Source: Bispira polyomma
Taxonomy: Eukaryota
Direction: 5' to 3'
DNA length: 64,000 nt
Assembly (NCBI GenBank): GCA_965649765.1
Contig: OZ287751.1
Span: forward strand, 66,836,001-66,900,000
This document shows, piece by piece, positions 23,575-33,637 of the stretch (position 1 is its first letter; each line of letters begins with the position of its first letter). Below the pieces are notes generated by a model. It saw only the letters and a list, made by a program, of their open reading frames with translations. It was not told the DNA's origin and did no database searches. Both the position numbers and the translations under genes were made by a program.

Positions 23575-25097
23575 TTAAGCGTCCTGTAAGGGCGCTTGTT
23601 TGTATATAGGAGATAAATTTATGCATTTTCGGTCATACGACTTATTTCATTAGTCGAAATGTAATGACACTATATTGAAAATTTGCCCAAGGTCTACTGG
23701 ATACATGTGCCAAATTTGAAGAGAATCCATCCAGTAATTGCTGAGTTACAGCCAATTGAAAATGCATGACTAAAAAATTTTCCTTGTTTTGTATACAGGA
23801 GAAAATGCACGCGGAAGAGGCCACCGGCTCCCACCTTTTCTATTGACTATAGCTCAGCAACCACTGGGTGGATTCTCTTCAAATTTGGCACATGTATGCA
23901 GTAGCCCTGGGAAAATTTTTTAAATATATAGTGTCATCACATTTCAACCAGTCAGAGAAGTCACATGACCCAAAACACCTTTTTTAAAGGGGTGTGCTTG
24001 TCCGGATGATAACTTAAAAAGCACCTTACCTATTCTCATGAAGTTTGACAAGTATGTTTTTATAGATGTCTGGAACTAGATAACTTTGGAAATGATCAGA
24101 TACAAAATAGCTGACTTATTAACGATTAATTAAACGTTACGATTTTTCGAAACAAAGAAAATGAAAAATCCTTAATATCTTGGAAACGAGATAGAGCAAT
24201 TTCGGCTGAATTTTGGGTCGAGAGGGTATACTCAGCATATTTAAAACTCAGCAACTTGTCTAAAATTTTTTAAAAAATTTTAAATTTTTTTTAAAGTCAA
24301 AATTTTTTCAAAAATAAAATTTTTAATAAAATTTAAATTTTTTCAAAAAGTCAAAATTTTGGAAAAACCATTAATCTTTAAACCATTAATGAAAAATCCT
24401 TAATATCTTGGAAACGGTGCGAGATAGAGCGATTTCGGCTGAATTTTGGGCCCAAAGGGTATACTCAGTATTTTCTAAACTTTGAAATTTTTTAAAAAAG
24501 TCAAAATTTTTAAAAAAATTTAAAGTTTTCAAAATTTTGCAAAAGTCCTCAATCTCAACAAAGGAAACGAAAAATCCTTAATATCTCGGAAACGGTGCGA
24601 GATAGAGTGATTTTGGCGGAATTTTGGGCCAACGGGGTATAAAAATTTTTTAAAAATGTTAAAGTTTTGCCAAAGTCCTTAATCTCAACAAAGAAAACGA
24701 AAAATCCTTAATATCTCGGAATTTTAGGCCCATAGGGTAGAAATTTTTTTTAAAAAAGTCAATATTTTTCAAAAAAGTCAAAAACTTTTAAGTCAAAATT
24801 TTTTTAAAAAGTCAAAAATTTTTAAAAATTGTCAAATTTTCAAAAAAAAATTTTTTTGGGGGGGGGATTTTTTTTTGGAATATTTTTTTTTAAATTTTTT
24901 AAAAAATCGCTCTCTTGCCATTTTTGGCCGCCAACTTCAATTTCTGCATTTATCTCGGAAATGGTGCCAGATAGAGCAATTTCGGCAGAATTTTGGGCTC
25001 GGAGGGTGTATGCAGAAAATTGCTTAATGTCTTATTAGGACGCTTTGTTTTTGGTCTGCAAAAACAATTTCCTTTCATTTGCAAAGCAGTACTCTAG
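23575..25097 (+). mobile_element. Non-autonomous Helentron/Helitron-like element with internal tandem repeats
   Basis: 5' aagcgtcct-gta-agggcgctt hairpin, 3' sub-terminal aggacgctt (25037-25045), hairpin and CTAG end; units share gagatagagcgatttcg with the 8/14-kb repeat. Confidence 0.65.
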
Positions 25098-25355
25098 TTT
25101 ATATTTTTAACGCACTTTATTGATGCAAGGTGTCTTCTAAAGTGCAACAGTTGAATCAATAAACACATCACATATGCCTGGGTCATCATCAGTAGCAAAA
25201 GCCTAAGGTCCAAGGATGTTATCCCACCTAGCGATATTAGCAGTAATTGAACGTGGGACGTTGCGATCACCAGACCAACTCCCTTGCTGGCTTTTGAACC
25301 ATTGACCTTCTGTTCACCAGACCTACTCCCTAACCACTTGGCCACATAGACCTAT
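25098..25355 (-). mobile_element. tRNA-derived SINE (family B)
   Basis: homologous to 6152-6700 without the nested insert. Confidence 0.7.
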
Positions 25356-25906
25356 TTCCACTAGGCAGTAACAATATTGCATGCAACATTAAACAACTTC
25401 AATTTTCAGTCCAGGTCGTATTACTCCAACGTTAAAAAAAATATGTGAGACGACAAAACCCTACAGCCATGTTATGAAAAACATGTAATTGCCCTACTTA
25501 ATCTCTCTACCTACTAAAGTTAAACCTCTGTTTTCTGAACATGTACAGGGACATTTAGTTCTGTTATAGAACAGTCATATTGGTTCAAATCAGTAAAATG
25601 TGAATTTAGGAGAGTGAAGACATGGTCATAAAATTTAATATTCGGAAATTAACTGTTATACTATATAAGATTACAATGATCAGTGACTGAAATATAGACC
25701 TGAAAATAATTTTTTTACTCTATGTTATTACTCAAAGGTCAAAAGGAGGTAGGGCAAGTTTGTTACTGAGGTATAGTTCAGGCAAGGTATCTTATGCAAA
25801 GGTCAATATTCTCGGGACAAGTGTTAAAATGAGGACAGGCGAAAAAACTACATTTACAGCCCCTCAACAAATATTTCTACCACATTTGAATTTCCAGTGA
25901 TCATTG

Positions 25907-26134
25907 AGGGGCGTAGCTAGTGTAGAAGCAAGTACGCCCAGGTGTATCAATTGAATGACACACAAAACAAAATAAAAAACATAATAAAAATAAATAAAAA
26001 GTAATAAACAAATAATATTAATATTTATTAAAGAGCCCCCCCCCCCCCCCCCCCTCCTTTATGTTAGCACTAAAATAAACATAATATTTTGAAAAATTGT
26101 GGAGTACCAAATGAAAAAACCTGGCTACTCCCCT
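25907..26134. mobile_element. Small MITE with internal poly-C
   Basis: TIR aggggcgtagc / gctactcccct. Confidence 0.55.
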
Positions 26135-26592
26135 GGCATTGCCTACTTTAACAGTGCAAGCTCAATGCCACAGTCAAACTGCCGAATGAAGTTCAAATTT
26201 GATTTATGTGTTGTTGGTGGTGCTTCATATCCAGTGCAAAATTTGTGTCTGTTTTTTTTCTTGTTTTAATTTTGACACATAAACAATTAATTGTAATTGC
26301 CGCACACGCGAGATATATCCACTTTTTTCTTCAAACAAATAATTGATAAAATACTCCTGGCCTAGACATGAAAGTAGCTATTATCAAGTAAGCCCCCCCC
26401 CCCCGCCCCCCCCTCCCCCCCCCGCCCCCCCCCTCCCCCCCCCCCCCATGTTTTTCATACAAATTAACCACAAGTATATAACAATGGCCTGACCTAACAA
26501 TTTATACATGATGAAATATAATTATATTGAAATAGTGGATTTAAAACCGATATTCCAAATGATTATTCATGATATCGACCAGACGTCTAAGA

Positions 26593-26665
26593 GGTTCAGT
26601 AGTGTAGTGGTTATCACGCTCACCTCACACACGAGAGGTCCCCAGTTCAATCCTGGGCTGAACCT
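26593..26665 (+). pseudogene. tRNA-Val(CAC) degenerate copy
   Basis: Val body with two anticodon-stem mismatches. Confidence 0.75.
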
Positions 26666-26848
26666 TGAGACGTTTTGTACTACACCAACAAAAGTTGAAG
26701 CAATTAATGTCAATAATAGTATTTACAATAACTGATTTGATTTTAATCTCTCCAGGAATACAAGATTAAATTGATCCATACGTATATGTTCATCTTGTGC
26801 ATTGAATAGAGTATGTTTGTTTTCACTGGATGCATTTAAAATTTTATG

Positions 26849-26920
26849 TGCGTCAGCTAGGAATCAAACCCGGATCGATTGCTTTGAAGGCAACCATGCT
26901 AACCGCTACACCACTGACGC
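26849..26920 (-). pseudogene. tRNA-Gly body with TCA anticodon, damaged B box
   Basis: loop CT-TCA-AA; T arm CCGGG-TTTGATT-CCTAG. Confidence 0.75.
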
Positions 26921-27739
26921 TTGATATTAATTTTCTCTGTATTAGTTTAATATAACACTTCTGATTGCTCTACTGAATCTTTGGAGTTGGAATGTTTGTT
27001 TTGGAATTACAAACTGCTATCAAACTAAATCAGGTTGTTTTAAGGTGTGGTGTATTCCACCTGATGTGAGTTTAACATTCACACCGGAAGTTGCTACTGA
27101 GTAATTACAAAAACTGTCAAAATGTTTTATGAGGTGTATTTTCAGCAGAAATAACATATTTATTTATGACTATTATTACGGAAGTAGGTAATGTTGTGTA
27201 CTTATAAAGGATATGCTAGGTAGACCCAACGGGGGTAGTGAGTTCAGTTAGACCTTAAACTCTTTTATTAAAACCATTCTGGTTCTTTGACCTTATTGGA
27301 TGGCAGTTGGCCTAGATTCTATAGCAATTCCCGCAAAAAGCCATAGAACCTCACTTTAATTTAAGAAATTGAAAGGGCAGAACGCCATTTATAAACTTTC
27401 AGATTTTCTTTATTTTATTTTTTATACTTTATTTTACTCTTTTATTTTATATTTGTGTGTGGTTTTACTAATAACCGAGTCTTCATATATGTTGTAGTCA
27501 TGGAATGAGTGCTGTCTGGACTAGAAAAGTGAACTGCTGGCACCTGACTGTAGTGTTTTGTCAAAACATCTTTGACATATGCGAATTTTGCTCTTTTTCT
27601 AGGGCTTTGGTTGAGGACTGTTATTAATCTTATTTGAAATTTATTGAAATTTATTTGCTATAAAAGTTTCAACAGAAATGACCATTGTTATTGACTACTT
27701 TCTGGGCATGCGCCCTCCTAATTCTATCAATTTTACTTG

Positions 27740-28594
27740 TCTCATCCCACGGGACTGTGGAGCAGACAGAGAACAGTCAAATTGCTAATAGTGTTGCAGC
27801 TAATGCTGCAGCAACAGCTCCTGTGACCCATCCTGTGGCTATGGCCACGTCCATGCAGTCAACCGTTCCTGCTGAGGTTCCCGCGATTCTCAACTGCCCA
27901 CGGCTAAGGATCCAGAAGATACACTGGTCCCCTCATTGTCCACACTGAAAACTTCAGAGTATCTCCAGCACGCTGTGGATTCCAGGCTGCGCAACTTGGC
28001 TAGGATAAATGAAAAAAGTAATTTTAAGTCACAAAGAGGCAGAACTGAGATTATTTGGGTAAAATGCCAGGTTGCCTGGCCTCAGAACCATATTCTAGGG
28101 GGTACTACAAAAAATCGCACTACGTATGATGGCCTCTCTATGGTCCAATGGGTTTATGGGTTTTGTTCTATAATCAAAGATGAAAACAATGTAGAATTAA
28201 AAAATGCCATGTTAGAGTATGCCCAAGATCTCATGGAAGACTGTAATGACTTTTCTTGGACGGCGGCTAAAGCTAGTCACACAGTACTGTTATGTCGTAT
28301 GGGGGAAGGAAAAGTCTCGTGGGATGAGACAAGTAAAATTGATAGAATTAGGAGGGCCCATGCCCAGAAAGTAGTCAATAACAATGGTCATTCCACATTT
28401 ACAAATTCCCTTGTAGGTACTTCCAGAAAGGCTCATGCCCACACAAAGTGGATCATGAAACAAAAGGGCAGATGTACTTGCACACTTGTTCTACTTGCTT
28501 AAGCTTTGGTAAATCACTTCCCCATGCATCAAAAGACTGCAACCGAAATAAGGCTAGTACATTTGGTGACCAAACTGGTTCAAAAAACGAGTAA
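27740..28594 (+). pseudogene. gag-like ORF1 with C-terminal Cys/His zinc finger, frameshifted
   Basis: ORF 27936-28502 plus shifted frame PCRYFQKGSCPHKVDH..HTCSTC..HASKDC..SKNE*. Confidence 0.7.
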
Positions 28595-28878
28595 GGAACT
28601 GCAGTACAGCAGTGCCCAAAAGTTATACCAAGATAATTGTAATTCTCTTATACATATCAAAGATCGAAGTCAGTATTGTTGTAGTCGTACTGTGTATAAT
28701 GTGAATATAAACAACCAGAGTGACAACTGGAGGGCTGATTGGACTGGTTTGCAAACAAATCCTATGCTCAAGTAGTAAAACAAAATAGGGGTAATGAAGG
28801 TCAAAAGTATTTTTCTAAAAGTGTAACAAAAATGGCCAAAACAATCCCTCCAATTGTCGCTCAGGTACCAATAACCAA

Positions 28879-30998
28879 GTGTTTACAAATGTCTCTGTAA
28901 ATAATGTACACAATTTCAGGAAATTTCATAAAGGTGTGAAAAACAAATGTCACACCCCAAGAAAGTGTGTGAATGTCCAAAAAATTTTTCACTCAAATGT
29001 ACAGTTTCAGACCAATGGCCAGAGTCGCACCTCTGGTGTGAATGCATGTGACAAGGTAATCTCTAGTGAAACGTGTAAAACAAAGTGCCAAAATAGATTT
29101 GCACCCTTACAACATTTTGATGGAGGTGACGGCACCTACTATTCAAATGACAAAATGGCTTCTGATAACAATGTCCCTAGTAGTCAATGTGAGGACAAGT
29201 ATGAATTGCAATTACAAGTGAAAAGAAAACACAGAGAGGTTATTGCTAAAGAGGGAAACAATCCCCTTTTCAAAAAAAGGAACAGCCAAAATAAAGAGAA
29301 ATTTGGGTTTATTCCTCTAGGTAACCTTAAGATGCCAGATGAGATTAAGGCCGGTTCACACTTAGGCGATCCCCTTGAATTACACAAAACAGTTAAAAAT
29401 CAAAATTGTCCAAATTTCTTGGGTGCCCAGATACCAGTGGAATCTGAACTTTACGTCAATAAATGGGAAAAATTATTAGATAATTACTGGGACAGTCAAC
29501 TGGTACACCTCATCAAATTTGGCTTTCCCTTAGATTTTAATAGAGCTTGTCCCCTAGAAAATAAGGGAGCAAACCACAGCTCTGCTACTATGTTTGAAGA
29601 GGACGTTAAGGCATATCTTAAAGAGGAAAAAGAATTGGAGCAATCATTGGTCCTTTCAAAGAGCCCCCATTATCCGGATTGCATTTCTCTCCCTTCATGA
29701 CTAGGCCGAAACCAGATGCTAAGCACCATAGAGTAATAATTGATTTAAGTTGCCCACAAGGGCAAGCAGTCAACTCAGCTATAAATAAAGATTAGTACTT
29801 AGATACTCCTTTTATCCTTACGCTTCCCACAGTAGATGACATCACTCGGAATATTGTCAAACTAGGTAAAAGTGCATTATTATACAAGCTAGACATTAGT
29901 CGTGCCTTTAGGCACGTAAAGATCGACCCAGCCGACTATGACCTACTAGGGCTTCAACTCAATGACTACAATATTGATACATGCCTGCCGTTTGGCTATC
30001 GCCACGGCAGTGCTATATTTCAAAGATTCAGTGACGCAATTCAATTTATGATGATGTCACAAGGTTATGACGTTGTAATTACATAGATGACGTCATTGGT
30101 GACGGTCTTCCAGATACCATTGCTGACTCATTTGTAAAATTTAAAGAACTTTTCCCAAAATTAGGCTTTTCCATCAGTCAGAAAAAAGTGGTTCCACCTA
30201 GTACTAAAGAGTTTGTCTAGGGGTTTTAGTGAACACAGAGGACTTTACTGTCTCCATACCAGACAATAAACTCGCTGAGATATAACAGATATGTCTCTCA
30301 TGGACTAACAAAAAAGCGTGCACCAGAAGACAGCTTCAATCGCTACTGAGCTCGTTATTATATATCTCGAAATGTGTGAGAACTTCACGAGCTTATCTTA
30401 ATAGAATGTTAAACACCCTGAGGGGTTCACAAAATGCTCAAGAAATTAAGCTTGAAAAAACATTTCATCAGGACCTTAGTTGGTTCAATACTTTTTTTAC
30501 AAGTTTTAATGGTATGGCTTTCTTTGAACACAAACCAGTCACAGATCAAGTCCACCTAGATGCATGTCTGCAAGGCCTGGGTGCCTGATGCAACAATGAG
30601 GTCTATACCAAGAAATTCCACTTGGCTATAAAAATTATACCATAGTCCATCTCGAAATGGTTAATATACTAGTCGCAATCAGAGTTTGGAAAAATAAATG
30701 GGCTGGACGCAAATTACTTATAAACTGTGACAATCAAGCGGTTGTATCTATTCTAAATTCAGGTAAGACTTATGATCTTACTCTGGCAGCAATGACCAGA
30801 AACATTTTTATGGAGGCTGCAAAAGCAGACATAGAATTAAGAACGGTACACTTCCTAGGCAAAAAAAATGTCACAGCAGACTTACCCTCCAGGTGGGCTA
30901 TCACCCCTAATAATGAAGGACAATTAAAGGGCTTAATGCAAAATCCTAGTTGGATACAGGTCAATGATGACATCCTGGAAGTAAATTGGTCAATCTAG
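28879..30998 (+). pseudogene. Reverse transcriptase/RNase H, multiple frameshifts and stops
   Basis: FGFPL, NHSSA, RVIIDLS, KLDISRAFR, LPFG, YIDD (30080-30091), HLDAC, CDNQAVV. Confidence 0.92.
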
Positions 30999-31797
30999 CT
31001 TTAAAATTTTTCAGGCTCTCCAACCTGGGTGTCAAAGCTTGCAAAAAGAGCAGCTAATAGAGCACATCAGGCATTTCGTCCTTCTACACATAAAGCATAC
31101 ACAGCCATGTTCAGAGTATTCTTAGCTTACTGCTGTTTTGCCAATATCTCAGTTTACAACATTACACTTACGTCACTCCTTACCTTCTTAGAAGTGCTAG
31201 TAGTGAACAATACTTCACATACTTCAGTATCAAATTACCTCGCTGCCATTAAGGCCAGTATGTCATTGTATGGGCTTCAGATTACAGCCTTTGCGGACCA
31301 GAGAATAAAATACTTTCAAAAAGCCCTGGTCCTACACAAACCATTTAAAGCCAAAATAAATGGCATTATTGATATTGATCTATTGCAAAATATAGCCCTT
31401 ATCTGCGACTCCATGTATATGAGACAAATTTATAAAGCAGCTTATCTGCTTGCATTTTTCTCTTTCCTCAGAATTTCTAACTTAGTTCACACTAACAAGC
31501 TACTTACTCACCACTGCACCAGTTAGCTAGGGCCGACGTTATTTTCACCCCTGCAGGTGCCCACATAATCATAAAATGGACAAAAACTGTACAAGCTAGA
31601 AACACAATAAAGGTCATTAAAATTCCTTCATTGCAAAATAAAATTATTTGCCCGATAACTGCCCTAAAAAATTTGTTGGCAATTACTCCAGGCCATAACA
31701 ATACCCCATTGTTCCAAATTAAAAGTAATTCTCAATGGATCACCCTTACTGACACCAAAATACGTAGAAATCTTAAGGACATCTTGAATAGACTAAA

Positions 31798-33637
31798 TAA
31801 TCTAATCTAATCGTACTTTTATAGCGCTTAATCTTTGTACAACAAATTCTAAGGTGCAACTAACCTAAGCATTAATCAAAAAAAATCAGAAATGAGGGAC
31901 GGATGGTGGTCATAACCCGAGAGACTACCGGGATGGTTGTGATGGCTAAGGTGGAAAGGCCTGTTCGAAAAGGTAGGCCTTCAGTTTACTCCTAAAAGAG
32001 GAGAACGTTTGAGCCAAGCGAACATGATCAGGCAGGCTGTTCCATATGAAGGGGCCATCATGAGCAAGGCAATGATTGAAATGTACTTTGGATTTGTGGA
32101 TGCGAGGGTCGAAAGTGGGAATGTTAAGATATAACTTATCAGGGTTACTGCGCCTAGTCCTGACTGAGCATGTATATTTGGATAGATGGGGGCTGAAATA
32201 GGTGGGTGATCCAGAATTTAGAAATTTGTATATAATTGTTGCAATTTTGAAAGCAACACAATATTTTATTGGGAGCCAGTGGAGTGACTTAAGTACAGGA
32301 GTAATATGAGAAAATCTAGAAGTTTTGGCCACGATGCGAGCCAATGAGTGTTGAACGTTCTGAAGACGTTTGAGGTCACTACAAGATAGGGAACGGAACA
32401 GAGAGTTGCAGTAATCAAGCCTACTGCTGACCAAGGTGTTGGCAACAGTGATTGCAGTGAATTTGGTTAGATAACGCCTCATTTGCCTGAAATCACGGAG
32501 CCTAACAAAACATGACCTACACACGGATGCAACATGGTTGGAGAAGGAGAATTCAGAGTCAAACAACACGCCCAGCTTGCGTACTTTGTCAGCTGTGAAA
32601 AGCCTGCTGCCAAGAATATCAACTGGGAAACAGCTGGACAGTTTTTCCCGTTGCAACTTGGAGCCAAACAAAATAAACTCGGTCTTATCAGGGTTCAGCT
32701 TGAGTTTATTTGCTGCCATCCAGTGTTGTACATCGACAAGGCAGTTCTGTAAGGAGGTGAAAGCTGCCTGGGCAGAATCGGGTGTAAGGTGGATGTACAA
32801 TTGGGTATCATCTGCATAGAAGTGAAAGTTTATGTTTTTGTATGCAGCAATGATCTTGCTGAGTGGGGTGGTATACATTGAGAACAAAATAGGACCCAGG
32901 ACTGAGCCCTGGGGAACCCCAAATTTTAACCATGTAGGGTCGGACAAGATGGTGCCAATTTTGACCGATTGGAATCTATCAGACAAATACGCCTTGAACC
33001 ATTTAAGTGCAGTACCGTTGATACCAAACCAAGACGATAGGCACTCAAGAAGAACTTTGTGATCAATAGTATCAAATGCCGCCGACAGATCCAGCAGTAC
33101 TAAGGCAGTAGGCATACCTTTAGATAAAGATATATGAACGTCATTTTTGATGCAGAGTAGTGCAGTCTCTGTAGAATGACCACTTCTGTATGCTGACTGA
33201 TACTTATTGCATAGATTACTAACGTCAAGATGTTGTTTGATCTGTAAGGCGACCACGCGTTCAACCAACTTAGAGATATAGCAAAGGCCTGAGACAGGAC
33301 GGTAGTTTTTCAAGTCAGCCTTTGGGAGAGAAGATTTTTTTATTAAAGGAGTGACAATGGCTTTTTTAAAATCATTTGGAAAGACACCATTGACCAATGA
33401 GAGGTTAACAAGTTTGGTGATTGAGGACAATAAAATGTCAATACATTCCTTAACAAGGAATGTAGACCACGGATCTAACAAGCAAGATTTTACGAGTGAT
33501 GTAAGTATAATTTTCCGGACCTCATCAACAGTTACTGTGGAGAAACGGTTGAAGATGGTTGGTGGAGCTGATGGTAAAGGAGCATTTGGGGCAGCTGATG
33601 TAAAACTATCACGGATTCTGGTAATTTTATCAGTAAA
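31798..33637 (-). mobile_element. 5'-truncated CR1/L2-type LINE
   Basis: (GATTA)3 tail after aagcgctataaaag; taaa shared at both junctions; removal restores the YR frame. Confidence 0.92.
31946..33637 (-). CDS. LINE ORF2 reverse transcriptase and C-terminus, uninterrupted but lacking endonuclease
   Basis: NYRPVS, LDLSAAFDTIDH, GVPQGSVLGP, YADD, LHWLP. Confidence 0.93.
   Translation of the reverse strand, partial: FTDKITRIRDSFTSAAPNAPLPSAPPTIFNRFSTVTVDEVRKIILTSLVKSCLLDPWSTFLVKECIDILLSSITKLVNLSLVNGVFPNDFKKAIVTPLIKKSSLPKADLKNYRPVSGLCYISKLVERVVALQIKQHLDVSNLCNKYQSAYRSGHSTETALLCIKNDVHISLSKGMPTALVLLDLSAAFDTIDHKVLLECLSSWFGINGTALKWFKAYLSDRFQSVKIGTILSDPTWLKFGVPQGSVLGPILFSMYTTPLSKIIAAYKNINFHFYADDTQLYIHLTPDSAQAAFTSLQNCLVDVQHWMAANKLKLNPDKTEFILFGSKLQREKLSSCFPVDILGSRLFTADKVRKLGVLFDSEFSFSNHVASVCRSCFVRLRDFRQMRRYLTKFTAITVANTLVSSRLDYCNSLFRSLSCSDLKRLQNVQHSLARIVAKTSRFSHITPVLKSLHWLPIKYCVAFKIATIIYKFLNSGSPTYFSPHLSKYTCSVRTRRSNPDKLYLNIPTFDPRIHKSKVHFNHCLAHDGPFIWNSLPDHVRLAQTFSSFRSKLKAYLFEQAFPP

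Noticed and set aside
26849-26920. tRNA-Sec
   Set aside because: 72-nt Gly body lacking the long variable arm and extended acceptor stem
27685-27948. Signal-peptide-like 87-aa ORF
   Set aside because: Starts at TTG and lies within the frameshifted gag region of the retroelement
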